Below are positions 36,746-50,477 of a stretch of DNA of 64,000 bases, one piece after another. The DNA comes from Lama glama (taxonomy: Eukaryota): positions 43,030,001-43,094,000 of the forward strand of contig CM052816.1 in assembly GCA_028534125.1 (NCBI GenBank), read 5' to 3'. Position 1 is the stretch's first letter; the number at the start of each line of letters is the position of its first letter. The notes under the pieces are model-generated. The model made no database searches and had not been told where the DNA came from. It was given only the letters and a program-made list of their open reading frames with translations. The position numbers and the translations under genes were made by a program.

Positions 36746-39025
36746 CCTATACTGTGTTCATCAAGACTTTATATTCAGCAACTATTGGATAGCACCTGAA
36801 CAAATGAAACAAACAGCAGGTATATTGAGAGCCAAAGAGAAATATAATATTTTAATATCAAAATATATTTGATACATTAAAAATAGGTCTATATTTTCCA
36901 AAAGGCCCAGGTTAAAGCATAGAAGACAGAAGCATGGTGGTGGTGTCAACGTCTGCTTTGTTCTATCACCACTAGTGCAGATGGTATTTCTAATCACATG
37001 TCTCAGATGTACCCCATTAGACACCATGGGAGGTACAGGACAAACTTGAAGCCACCTGCAACCCCAAGCACAGCCCTCATAAGACATTATTTCTGTTTCA
37101 GTCGATATGAAAAATCTGCCCTGACAGATGGCTCTGCCTAAATGGGAGACAAACTTAGGATTATAAAAATGCTTAGGATGAAGCACATTTACTTGGGATG
37201 AGCTTCCTAAATGGAAAGTTGTATTCTCTCAAAGTTATAAATGTACAAACTTGAACTTCTCATTGGTAGTTTCTAATGAAGCATAGGTTCCCCCCCTGTC
37301 TATTACAAGCTTTATAGTTATTTGACTGCCAGCTCCCCTTTAAAAGCAGTTTGGCCTGTTAGTTGATTCTGAAGGATTGAAAATGATTCTGGCTGGCATG
37401 TTTTTACATGCTGGTTGTAGCATCTATGCTGGACAGTATATTTTGGATACAGTAGAAAATGTCATTTTCTTTCCCCCATGAAGTTAAAAATGTTTTGCTT
37501 GTATTTGAAGCATGTTAGGTCTTTTTTTTGCATAATTTTCCTGCCTTTACTGATGTTTGCAACACTTCTCAATTCAGTACCATCTGTGAATCCATCAGCT
37601 TGCTATTTACTGCCTCTTCTGGATCATTAAGGGAGTTGTTATGGCAATAAAACTTTGTTTACATGTCACTTTTCCAGGAAACTCAAAGTATATTTATAAT
37701 GTTATTGTATTAAACAATGGCACCCATGTGAGGTAAAGAATTTTATGGTTAGAAGCATTTCAACATTAGGATGACTTATTTTAAATAAAACAAGATATTT
37801 CAGTGATTCTGGAGTTTGAGCATGTCTGTTATTAGGTATTCTTGTTGCTCTGAGCCATTAAGGAAGTTGTTGCAGTAGCTTTGGTGGTTGTATAATGACG
37901 GGAGAGGTAGGAGAGATTGGTTTAGATTGATGAATGAATTTTAGTTTTTTTCCAGTTCCCTCTTGGTCCCAGCGTCTAAGTCTCAATTACTGTGAAGTGG
38001 CAAAGAGCCAATATAATTAAAGGAAGACAGATACACAAAAGAATCAGATAATATGGATTATTAAGAATAATAAATTCTCCATTTTCTCTCTTCCTTTTAA
38101 ATTACAGTAGTAACAATGTTGATGCCTGTTTCTGGAGTCCTGCAGACCAAGGAATCCTTTGTTAAAATGGGGTAAAGGAGAACCCATTTTGTCTACTGAG
38201 TGTGTGGATTTTATTTTACTGTTTTATTTTTTAATAGTGTTGTTCTGTGGCAGTCAGGTTGTGCTTGGTTAAACACAGAAAGCGTTGAATCTCTTCTTTA
38301 GTTAATCAGTATTTTTATTGACTATCCAGTGTCATAACCATCAGCAAGCGCGTAAGGAACCTCAGCTCCGGTTTAGCCCTTTTTTATCCCTAATTTTGAA
38401 CGTCAGAAATTAAATGTCATCTGTTAGCAGCTCATGTCAGCTTTGCAAGTTAGTTCCAGAACCTTAGTCTCCCAATTTAGAGAGTGCAGGTTGTTGCTGA
38501 ATTTAGTTTGAGATCTATCAGTTACTTATGGAATTTTAAGTTATAATTATTGAAAAGAGTTTCTGATGTTTAACAGGATTTCTAGCTGATATTTGATTTC
38601 TTCTAAACATATTTTCTCTCATTTCTTAAGCTCATTAATTAATTAGCTTAGGATTGATTTATAAATTAGCTTAATAGCAGAGAGTCAAATGAACCAATAA
38701 GAGGGGACACTTAACAGGCAACTCTCTCAATAAGAGTATAACATTTATGGCAGATTATGGAACGTGGAGTTTTGTATTCGCACTTAAGTTGTTCATGTTG
38801 GGACTGAAGAATACATATGGATTTGTTTGATGGACTTCTGTCTCAGGTTACTGTACTTGCTGGGCGAGGCAGTGGCTTCTAGACCTATAGCTCATCCAGT
38901 GCATTCAGAGAGTAGCTTCTAGATCTGTGGCTCATCTGTGATGCCATCTAAAGTTGACATCAAGTCTCCACAGTTAGAACAGAAATGAGACCTAAGGTCC
39001 ACGTGAGACCCAAGGCAATTAGAAC

Positions 39026-39479
39026 AGAGCCTCTCAAATTTAATTCATTTGAGTATCTCTCATTTTTGCCTTATATACACATGACCTTTATTATTCACTT
39101 AGTGTTTTGCTTTTAAACAACTCAATTTGGGGACTTAAATAGATTATTTTAAAAGAAAATATTACATCACTGTCACAACTCAGAAAAACTCTATTCTAAA
39201 ATAGATGGTAACTATAAAAATTAACAGGATGAAAATGAAAAAAGTATGTACAGTTCTAGCTCGATGATGTTACCTGGAGGCTCAGTGCCTGAGAGCACAT
39301 CTTCGTCTTGTTAAAACAACATTAGAGAGATGTTAAAGACCTACTAACATCAAATTGAGATTTTCTTTTCCCCTGTTACTAGAAAATTGAATGGAAAAAC
39401 TTTGTCAACCTGAGTTAGGCTTTGTGACAGACTATTACCACCCAAAATGATATCCCAGACCAAGCTTTGGGAAGTAATG
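39026..39479. mobile_element. hAT/Charlie-type DNA transposon fossil
   Basis: Degenerate termini CAGAGCCTCTCAAA ... TTTGGGAAGTAATG. Confidence 0.4.
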
Positions 39480-39519
39480 GATTAAAGAAACAAAGGAAAT
39501 GGATCCAATAGCCTTACCA

Positions 39520-39630
39520 ACTCATTCACTCATTCATTCATTCATTCATTCATTCAACTTATTATGTGCCCCCAAACTAGGTATCCAGTATTTAACAAAA
39601 AACACAATTCCCTGCCCCTGTGAACTCACC
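39520..39630 (-). mobile_element. L2 3' end with (TCAT)n tail
   Basis: ctcattcactcattcattcattcattcattcaac followed by L2-like ccctgcccctgtgaactcac. Confidence 0.65.
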
Positions 39631-42600
39631 ACTGAGCACAGATCTTTCCTTTGCACCTGATCCACCATGCGTGCAGTCCTGCTTCCTCTGGTTTTTTTCC
39701 TCCCAGCTCTTCTGTCATTGCTGCCCCAGTCCAGTGGAACTTATTGTGGGGACTAGAAACTCCTTAGGGTCTTTGTTCTCTTCTGATATCATTTGGGGCC
39801 CTTTGTCTAAGGTTCAGCCTTGGAATGCACCTTGATCTTGCCCACAGGCAGAACTTCTCCAGACCTGTAGCAAATTTAAATAATATTTCATCTTTCTTAC
39901 ACAGTTCCTACAACTCCTGCAGGATCAGAGGAGTAAGAAAGCGAGGAGGTACATCTAATTCTAGGAGGTCCAGGGTCCTGGATATTCTTTTCATTTGTGC
40001 TATTATTTGGTAGGGAGTTTGGTTTTAATCCCAAAATGTGCTTTGAGACCTTAACTCTACAATCAGGTTATATCAATTATCTGAACAATAAAACCTGGTA
40101 AAACCACTTCCATAAAGATGGTTAATACAACAGACATTTATTTTATTAATATGATATTATTTAGTATGCTAGTAAGTATTTTTCTAGGCTTCCATGTAAA
40201 ATCTCACCTTTGGTGTTATTACCAAGCCTCAGAACTTCTTTAGAGTTGATATCTGTTAAGTCTCCAGTTAACTCTCCCTTATCCTCATAGAAATTAATTG
40301 CAGTGCAGATTATCTGATGTTATGAACATTTAATAAGAAAGATTATGATCTCATGTTCCATTTGCCAGAGGAAAGCAGTTGTGGCCAAGACCAGCTGTGC
40401 TAGTAAGGACCCCTCATCTTAATTAGAACAAGTATGAAGAATTGTCTGCAGTTAGAATGTGGCACTCTCAAATTCTGTTTGTTGTTCTAAATGAACCTCA
40501 ATATAATTATATAAAGTGCTTTGTGAAGGGGATATACCTGTTCCATTATCCTTCTAAATTTAGCTATGATAAATTTTGACATCCTTTAGGGGAAGAAAAA
40601 TCTTAAATTCTGATGAAAGCAAATTTAGGAACAAATTTAAAAAGTAATGTCAATGGTAAATTCCAGGAAAGAAAAGCTATTTACAGAGAATGCTAGGAAT
40701 ATTTGGAAACAATACTAGGAAATATGAATGTGCTAGAAGGCATGAGTAATAAGTGTTTTTTGAAGTTTGCAGTGGCTTCAGGGAGCCTACATCTGTGGTT
40801 TTGTTCGAAAGTGAATTTATCTTGTTGATGTTGAAAGCTTTACTCTACATGCCTTCAGTTCCACTAGGGCTGGATATAACCTTATGCATCTGCTAGAGTC
40901 ATGCACCCCTTGGGTAGTCAATAAAAATGCTAACTGAAAAGAGCTGAATTCCTCTTTTTTCATGTTGTGTTTTTCTTCCAACAATGGCTTCAGGAAAGAT
41001 GATACTGACTGCCCCTTCTGCTTTACTAATGATGGTCATTTGGAGATGAAGTCTTTGAAAAGTTTGGCATGGAAGACAGGAGGGAACAGTTATACAACTT
41101 AGATTGAAAAGACAATAAGTATATGTTTGTTTGCTGCCAGATTACCCATCAGCTTAATACAACTCTGCCATTTCTCACTGTGGTATGACTTTGTGTTTGT
41201 AACAAGAATTGATAATTCTGCCATCTCACTTCCTAGGGTGTGTGACTTATATCTCATATAAGTGGCTGCTTCTGAAAGATTTGTGATGATGGAGGGTACT
41301 TTGACCTCTGGTGGAATCTCCTTTAAAAGCCTTAGGAGAAACTCCTGTAGACATTTCTGTGGGGCCCTCCCAGCAAGTACCTGTCAGGCTTGGGAGCCTC
41401 TCTCTCCTCTGAGGTGGAGAAATGCCAGTAGAACACAGTATCAGAAGAATAATGCCAAGAAGATATTATCATTATGGGTAGCTGTGAGAAAAGGACACAC
41501 TACAGGATGGAGTAGTTTCTTAGTAATCCTCTGGAAATGGAGGGAGTGACTTTCCCAGCTCTAGTTCCTTGGACCAAAGCCCAGACTTCCTATGGACATA
41601 TCATAGCAAGAATTCCTGGCAACTTAGCAGTGTCTCCAATTCTGGCAGCACACCCTTACAGAGACATCTATGAATAGGAAGGACATTGACACAAGGGCAT
41701 TAACAAAGTCACAGCTATATTTTTAGGTAACATTTAGTACCTATATTTTTTAATTGAGAAAGGAATCTCTATCATAGGCTCTCAGAGTACCATGAAAAAA
41801 ATATTTACAATCAATGCCAAACAGAGATCAAAGAGTTAATTTATTGGTGATTTGTTTCCATTTAAATCAAAGAAAGTAAACTCTTGGTTGACCAAATTGA
41901 GAAATGTATTATTTAAAGTTAATATATTGTAATGTATTACTCTGAAAATTATTTGAAATGTTAAATTTCAAAGACATCAAGAAAATACTGAATTGTTCCC
42001 AAATTTTATCCCTTCAGCTTGTATAAAAGTTTTTGTTTATTTTTTTGTTCTGTTTTTTAATTCTTTAGGTATTAGAAGTGTGCACAGGCTAATGTTGTGT
42101 AAGATGTTGAGGAATTCTTAGTGTATGACCTCCTCTTTACTTAAAAATAGATATTGTAAGGATATAAGAATTAAATTTTGGGATGTGGAAGGTGGTTGTT
42201 ATTGATTGGATGCCACCTGGGCTAATGTACCCTGAAAGTGCTGCTGGGTCAGACTTAAGGGGAGGCTTTGGCAGCAGATTAACAGTGGATTATCCCTGTC
42301 ATTTGCTTTAAATATTTTATCAAAGATTCCAAGCATCCTTGAAAAATCATCATGGGTGAGGGGATTGAAGAGTAAGAGCTGCAAGTGAAATCTGAGGCAA
42401 TTTTAGTTTTTATTACCAGCCAATTCTATCCCATTGCCTTAGACTTGTAGCCTTGCTTTCTATTTTTTTCTTCATCTTATCTGATCTTTCTGGAAGGGTA
42501 AGACAGATTGTTTCTCAACTATGACTTTGAATTCTAAGGTAGAAGCCGTATTTAAGAGCAAGTTTGAGGTTTCGATGGTGGAGAAACTTAACTAGCGTCA

Positions 42601-42749
42601 GAGTTGCCCTTTCTCAACTCTCTAATAAAAAAACTCTGAAAATAAATAAATAGTACAGATATTTTGAATGTTTTTTCTAACTTAAGGGAAGATCCAGGTG
42701 GTTTGTGCTGACTTGAGCCTACTCTGTTCCAACAAGGATATAAATAAGA

Positions 42750-43205
42750 AGGGCTATAAAGCAGTTAGGAATTGTTTTCTTGACATAACAGAAACTGCCC
42801 CACCCCGCCCCCAAAATAAAACAGTGTCTTAAACGTTTAAAAAGTTTAAGTTGAAAGGCAGGTAGTTTCTGGCTCAAGGGCTTCAGAGTCTATGTCCTGA
42901 ATCTTTTGTCCTTTTCTTTGTGGTCTTACGGTTACAAGATAGCTGCTTCATTTCCAATGTCACATCCATATTCTAGGCAGAAAAAAGGGAGGACAGAAAC
43001 TAGGTCAGCATAGGTTTACTCCCTTTTTGAGGAGCTGCCCAATCTACTTATATCTCATTGGCCAGACATGTATTTCATAGCATCCTCTCTTGGCCAGAGA
43101 AGCTGGTTATTGTTTTTTATATGAGAACATTACAGTCGTCTACTTTCCAAATTGACATTCTCTTAGGAAGGGTGACGAAAAGTGTAGGAAATTAGTTTGT
43201 CACAA
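42750..43205 (-). mobile_element. Old MaLR LTR (MLT1-type)
   Basis: ggttacaagatagctgc, cacatccatattctaggcag, cttatatctcattggccaga. Confidence 0.6.
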
Positions 43206-45149
43206 AAATCCCCCATTAGTGTTACCTCAAATAATTCTCAGATCTAATTGTACTTCTGTATGTCCATTTACACTATATTTAACAGATGAGAAATAAGATA
43301 GCAGTTAATTGGTTTGATCCGGGAGGGTCTCATGGAGGAGGTGAGACTTAAAGATGAAATCTGAAGTTTAACTACAATTTGGAGAAGAAATGGGGTAGGA
43401 ACTCCAAGCAGAAGGAAAGAAGGGGTAAAAGGGGACAGTTATATTCTCCTGGGAGAGATCAGCTTTCACCTTTAGTCTATATAATTATCAGTCATTTCTC
43501 TTAGAGATGATGGTACTTTAGTTTTACTGAGTGTTCTGAGACTTTGTTGAGAGAATTAATTATGCACTCAAGAAAATCTCTTTCCATTACAGAACAGATA
43601 TTCTAGTTATTTATGTTGCATTGAGAGAAATTTATGAAGGATAAGTTTAGGTATGTTTAGATTTCTTTTTAGTAGGAAAATGAGGTTAGTTTTCCATGTG
43701 AAGGTTTACAAATTATTATACAAAGAGAAAGTTATTATATAGCAATGTCATTTGTTGTTTTATAGATCATATGTTATTTGGGAAGTAGACAAAATGATAA
43801 ATAACATTATTTCTCTGCTAAAAAACTCTAAAAATAAAGGTAACCCTAAACCAATTAACTCCATGTAATTCAAAGAAAACTCTGCTGTGAAATTTGCAAT
43901 AGATAATCTAATGTGAATTTCTTCATTGGAGAGTTTTTCTCTGGTGGTGAATTATTAGTATAAATAATTCAAATGATCATCGATTTAAAGTAAATGGAAT
44001 TAATGCCAGTAATATCTCAGAAATTCATAGATTTGTATTTCTTGGTGAGAAAATTAACACACTTGAAGAGTTTTTTCCATTTTTATGGTAATACTTTCTA
44101 ATATAATTAATACAGCAGAGGGTTTTGATTCTCTAAATGGCCTCAAACTATTGGCCATTAGTCCTTCCCCTCTTCAAACTAGTCTACTCTGAATTTATTA
44201 ACCTTTGAGAGTCAAGCATTTACAGGACAGGATGTTCCAGTTTGATATACTATGGTCTCTCATTTTCATCTACTACTAAGATATTTTCTTGTGCTCTTTT
44301 GGCAAAGGGAGAAGTTGACTTACTGCAACTATTTTTTTTCTCTGACCTCATTTTATTCTTTTAAAAAATCCTTAGTTTTTTCCAGTAACAAAGTGACAAA
44401 AATAAAAAAATTTAAATTCACATTTATAGGGTCTGTAGCAGATCTAGAAAATAGCCCTCAGCACACAAGTCAGGAGTTGCAAATCACTGAGGAAAATTGA
44501 ACAGAGGGAGTCAGGCTTCTTTGTCATCCTACTGATTGTAGCTGAAGGTCACAGCTAGGAATTTTAAATAAAAACAGCATCATACTGGGTTTCCTTCACC
44601 CTCAACCTACTCCCTTACCCTTGTGTACTGCTTTATAGAGTTCATTCTAATAATATGAGGATCTAAACATAGAACAAAGATGGCTACATCTTTATGTGTG
44701 TGCTATAATAAAAAGAAAGGAAAAGCTTAATTGTTTTATTAACTATAATTTAACCTTAAGAATTTCTATTTAAATGTGTTTATTTCCTTATAATTTTTTT
44801 TATAACACTAGGCATTGTATCTGGCAGGAAAGGTGAAAAGTACACTTTTTTTTGGCCGAAAGTCAATTTAGTATTGTATAATATTATATGCTACCTGTCA
44901 GTATTACACTTTTTATTTTTAAATTTAAATACTTTTTACTTGGTGATGCCACAATTAGGTAAGTATTTGTGCAGCATTTATATACTAGGAGGTGTGTGCA
45001 ATAAAAAAATGAGAGATTGTAATTTAATGGGGAAAATACCTGTATTTGTTGATTGTAATATGTGTAAGTGTGGGTATAATGGATAAAAGAGGTAAAATGA
45101 AATAGATTTATTAAAAATGTAGCAAAAAGTTTGAGGTTTTGGAGTAGAG

Positions 45150-45800
45150 GTGATATTAAAAGGAGCTTCCTAGAGGGAGTAATGTTTAAACAGGACTTTG
45201 AAAGATAATTAGGACACGGTAGGAGTATTCCAGATGTAGTTTTGTGGTGAGGTCTCCTAACATGAGTTAAGGTGTAGCCATTGGTAAGTCTTACATATGT
45301 TTGGAAATGTCAAATAATCCATTCTTAGGGGGAACCTCAAAGGGGGGTACATTGAGGCCCAACCATGGAAGTGGTTGAAGGCTGTGCTGAGGAATCTGGA
45401 CTTCGTTCTGTTAATTATGGGGATTCTCTGAAGGCTTTTGAGGAGAGGAATAATCTTTAAGAACAGTGGCTGATGACAGTAGAAGGATAAAGGTGACAGA
45501 CAGAGAGGGAAGAAGGGGCCAAGCTCACAGAGATATTTCTTGCCAGGCTATTGATGGTTGAGAGACAACGAACTGCATTGGGAACATCATGGTGAGAATG
45601 GATTTCTGAGTAATACAGCTGGAATTTGATGGCTGATTGACCTGGGAAGGAGAAAAGAGAAATAGACAAGAGTCAAAATTTTTCCTGATAGTATTTTGAC
45701 TTACACACTAGGAAGATGCTGTTAGCTGAAGGTGGAATAATGAAAGGGAATTGGGAAAATAAAATTTCCATTTTGGTCATGTTAACTCAGAAGAATTAGT
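45150..45800 (-). mobile_element. L2 fragment
   Basis: gagcttcctagagggagtaatgttt, gctgaggaatctggacttcgttctg, gaaggcttttgaggagagg. Confidence 0.6.
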
Positions 45801-46925
45801 TGGATATCCTTGTAAGGCAGTGATGTTCATGAGTTATGGCAAAAGTAATAGTGATTAACAAATGTCTGAAAATTGCATATTTATCAATATTTAATAAATG
45901 AAATAATTAAATTGTAAGTGTAGTTACTCTTTAGATTCTGTGACCTAATGCAAATCTCTCCAAATGTCTTCTCAAAAATAATCTATAAAATGAAGCATAT
46001 AAATGTCCTCTTATCTGTGTAATTCTATGATTCTGATTGGTCATGGATATTTAAAAATCTCTTTTCTTATAACAGCTTCATTGAGATATAATTCATATAC
46101 TATAAAATACACCCATTTTAAGTGTATAAATCAATGGCTTTATTATACTCATAAAGTTGCCCAGTTATTATCACAATCAACTTGGGAACATTATCACCTC
46201 CAAAAGAAATCCCAAACCCATTACCACTCACTTACTATTTTCTTCCAACTTCCTGAGTCCTAGGCAACCATTAATCTACATTCTGTCAGTAAAACTTTTC
46301 TGTTCTGAACACTTCATATAAATGGAATTATACAATGTGTAGTCTCTTGTGTCTTGCTTCTTTCACTAAATCTGACATTTTCAAGGTTCATCCATGTTTT
46401 ATAATGTATCAGAACTTCATTTATTTTTATTACCCAGTAATACTCCATTGTATGACTATACCACATTTTATTTATTCATTAATTAATGGGCATTAGCTGC
46501 TATGAATTATGTTCCTAAACCATTTGTGTTCATTTGCACTTATATTTTCATTTCTCTTGTATATAATTGGAAGTGGAATTGCTGGGTCATATGGTAACTG
46601 TATGCTTAAACTTTCAAGGGATTCCCAGACTATTTCCCAAAGTGGAAGCACTATGTTGCATTCTCACTGGTAGTATATGAGAATTTCAATTTCTCTACAT
46701 CATTGCTAACACTTGTTACTATATGTCTTCTTAATTGTAGCCATCTTAGTCGGGGTGAAACGGCATCTCATTGAGATTTTGATTTGCATTTCCCTGATGA
46801 GTAATGATATTGAGCATCTTTTCATGTGCTTATTGGTCATTTGTATATCTTCTTTAGAAAAATATCTATTCAGATCTTTTACCTATTTTTAATTGGCTCA
46901 TTTGTCTTTTTATTATTTAGTTTTT

Positions 46926-48335
46926 TAAAAATTGAAGTACAGTCAGTTTACAATGTTGGGTCACTTTCTGGTGTACAGCATAATATTTCAGTCATACATA
47001 TACATACATATATTCATTTTCAAAATTTTTTTCATTATTGATTACTACAAGATAGTGAATATAGTTCCCTGTGCCATACAGTATAAACTTTTCATTTAAT
47101 ATATAGTACTTAGTATCTGCAAATCTTCAACTCCCAATTTATCCCTTCCCACCCCCTTCCCTCTCTGGTAACCATAAGGTTTTTTTTTCTATGTCTGTGA
47201 GTCTGTTACTGTTTTGTAAATAAGTTCATTTGTCTTTTTTTTAGATTCCACATATAAGTGATATCATATGGTATTTTTCTTTCTCTTTCTGGCTTAGTTC
47301 ACTTAGAATGACAATCTCTAGGTCCATTCATGATGCTGCAAATGGCATTACTTTATTCTTTTTTATGGCAGAGTAGTACTGGCCATTTGTTATGTCCTCA
47401 TTGGCAAATTGCTTGTTAAGGTCTTCTGCCCACTTTTGGATTAGGTTGTTTGTTTTTATGTTATTAAGTTGTATGAGCTGTTTATATATTCTGGAAATTA
47501 AGCCCTTGTCAATCTCATCTTATGCAAATATTTTCTCCCATTCTGTAGGTTGTCTTTTTGTTTTGCTTATGGTTTCCTTTGCTTTGTAAAAGCTTATAAG
47601 TTGAATTAGGTTTCATTTGTTTATTTTTGCTTTTATTTCTATTCCCTGGGTAGACTGCCCTAGGAGAACATTGCTAAGATTTATGTCAGATAATATTTTG
47701 CCTGTGTTTTCTTCTAAGAGGTTTATAGTGTCTTGTCTTATGTGTAAGTGAAAGACTTATATGTGGAAAACTACAAAACATTGACTAAGGAAATTAAAAG
47801 TGACTTAAAGAAATGGAAAGATATCCCATGTTCTTGGATTGAAAGAATTAATATTGTTAAAATGGCCATATTACCCAAAGCAATCTACAGATTTAATGTG
47901 ATCCCTATCAAATTACCAAGGACATTTTTCACAGAACTAGAACAAATAATCCTAAAATATATATGGAATCACAAGAGACCCAGAATTGCCAAAGCAATAT
48001 TGGAGGAAAAAAATGAAGCTGTAGGAATAACCCTTCCAGACTTTAGACAATACTACAGAGCTGCAGTAATCAAAACAGCATGGTATTGGTACAAAAACAG
48101 ACATGTAGATCAATGGAACAGAATAGAGAGCCCAGAAATAAACCTAGACCTTTGGTCAATTAATTTTTGACAAAGGAGGCAAGAACATAAAGATGAGTAA
48201 AGACAGTCTCTTCAGCAAATGTTGCTGGGGAAACTGGACAGCTGCATGTAAATCAATGAAGTTAGAATACTCCCTCACATCATACACAAAAGTAAACTCT
48301 AAATGGCTTAAAGACTTAAACATAGGACAAGACAC
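46926..48335 (-). mobile_element. L1 with 5' inversion (twin priming), nested in the older L1
   Basis: TSD TATTATTTAGTTTTT at 46911-46925 and 48336-48350. Antisense 3' part 46926-~47747, sense ORF2 part ~47746-48335. Confidence 0.9.
47746..48335 (+). pseudogene. L1 ORF2p fragment (post-RT region), frameshifted
   Basis: [11 protein letters not shown]...[28 protein letters not shown]...[22 protein letters not shown], then continues in another frame as [12 protein letters not shown]...[12 protein letters not shown]. Confidence 0.9.
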
Positions 48336-50477
48336 TATTATTTAGTTTTTATTATTGAGCTGTAAAATTCTTTTTGTTTATTCTAGACACAAGTTCCATA
48401 TCAAACATATGATTTTTAAGTATTATTTCCTATTCTGTGAGTTATTTTTTCACTTTCTTGATAGTATCTTTTGAAACAAAAGATTTTGAGTTTGATGAAG
48501 TACAATTATTTTTTCTTTCGTTGCTTGTGTGTTTAATATTCTATCTAGGAAACCATTCCTGATCTGAGGTCACAAAGATTTACACCTATGTTTTCTTCTA
48601 AGAGTTTTATGGTTTTGATTCTTAAATTTAGGTATTTGATCCACTTTGAGTTATTTGTTGTATATGATGTGAGGTAGGGGTACAATTTCATTGTTTTGTA
48701 TATGCATATCTAGGTGTACCAGCTCCATTTATTGAATAGACCATATTTTCTCATCAACTTCCTTTGGTACCCTTGTTAAAAATTAACTGACCATAAATGT
48801 GAGGGATTACCTCTAGACTCAACTATATTCCATTTTTCTTTATTTTTGTCTTTGTAATAGTATCACACTATCTTTTGTGATAGAGATTACTGTATCTTTG
48901 TAGAAAAATTTTGAAATTATGAAGTGCAAGTACTTCAAGTTTCTTTTTTTTCAAAATTGTTTTTGGTATTCTTATTAGAATTTCCGTATGAATTTTAGGA
49001 TTAATCTGTCAATTTTTGGAAAGAAACTAACTGGGATTCCAATAGAAATGGTATGGAATCTATAGATCAATGGGGGATATTGCCATGTTAACAATATTAA
49101 ATCTTCTGATGCATGAATATGGGATATCTTTCTATTTATTTAGGTCTTCTTAATTTCTTTTGACAGTGTTTTATAGTTTTCAGGTTATGATTTTGTACTT
49201 ATTTTGTAAATTTTATTCCTAAGTGTTTTATTCTTTTTGATGATCTTGTAAATGGAATTGTTTTATTAATTTTATTTTCAGCTTGCTCATTGCTACTGTA
49301 TTTGCAATTGATTTTTATTGTATTAATTTTGTATGCTGGAAGCTTGCCAAACTTACTAGTTAATAGTTTGTGGTGAGTTTCTTAGAAATTCTATATTTAA
49401 GATCATGTCATTTGCACATTGAGGTAGTTTTACTTCTTCCTTTCCAATCTGGATGCTTTTTATTTTCTTGTTAATTATTCTGGAAAGGCTCTCCAGTGCA
49501 ATATTGAATAGAAGTGAAGAAGACATCCTTGCTTGTTCCTAATCTTAGATGAAAGTATTCAGTATTTCACCATTAAGTATGATGCTGGCTATGGGTTTTT
49601 CATAGATACCCTTTATCATGGTGAAAATGTTCCCTTTTAAGCCTAGTTGGTTGAGGGTTTCTTTTCTTCCTCTGCCTGGAATGCCCCTTCTATTTTCTTC
49701 TACCTGGTGAATATTCTCATATTCTCTAAGACCAGCTTAAATGCCTCCACTCAACAAAGCTGATCCTTTCCCTTTTTCCACTTTTGGCCTGTAGGGATGT
49801 AAGTCATAAGAGAATGGAAGAAACTGACTTTGAGTCACTATTAGGCAGGCTTTTTCAATTTGGAAAATATTCAATCTTGAATTCAAGGCACTAAGATCAT
49901 AATCCCCACAGATCTTTCCATATAACCTGTTTTGGTATTGATTTTTGAGCACAAAACTCAGAAAGTGAATTTGCATAAGTAGGAATACATTTTCAAAGTA
50001 CAAATTGATGCACGTCTGCATAGTTAGTAATTGATGCAACTGCAAAAATCTAATGAAAATATGCCCTGAACATAAAAGATCTAAAATGATTAATATTGAA
50101 CATCCTGTAGTAGAAAAGAGATTGTGCGTTATCTCATCCAATGAAATGAATTTTTCATTAGAATGGCATATTAGTTGAGAGCTGAAGACTAATGATTTTT
50201 ACTTACAAGTATATTAAGTCACAATTCACTTCTGCCACTTTTCAAAGGCTGAAAGCACTGAGATTATCTTTCATTTGAGCAGGTTAGCTTTTAACTTTGT
50301 TTTGCTGGCTTTCTTTCATTCACTTGTTTACTTACTAACTCACCAATTAACTGATACAACTAATTTTAAAATGTTCATTTATAATAATTTGTATAGGAGA
50401 TGTCAGTAACAACAGATATCCCTAATCTACAGAAATTTGTTAGAGGAATTAAAATAATATAATATGAATTAGTTGAT

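Larger units (their letters stand above)
46060..49665 (-). mobile_element. Old L1 (L1MB-like) 3' UTR + ORF2, interrupted by a younger L1
   Basis: aacagcttcattgagatataattcatatac 3' end; the antisense ORF2 sequence resumes at ~48350 after the insertion. Confidence 0.85.

Noticed and set aside
47748..48170. 140-aa ORF as a host gene or domesticated protein
   Set aside because: It is an L1 ORF2p fragment in the inverted part of a twin-primed insertion, begins at the inversion junction without an ATG, and is frameshifted downstream.
49737..50141. 134-aa minus-strand ORF (contains ENVF/NLYFE-like strings)
   Set aside because: Non-ATG start, AT-rich composition, no splice or domain support; within chance expectation for 64 kb.
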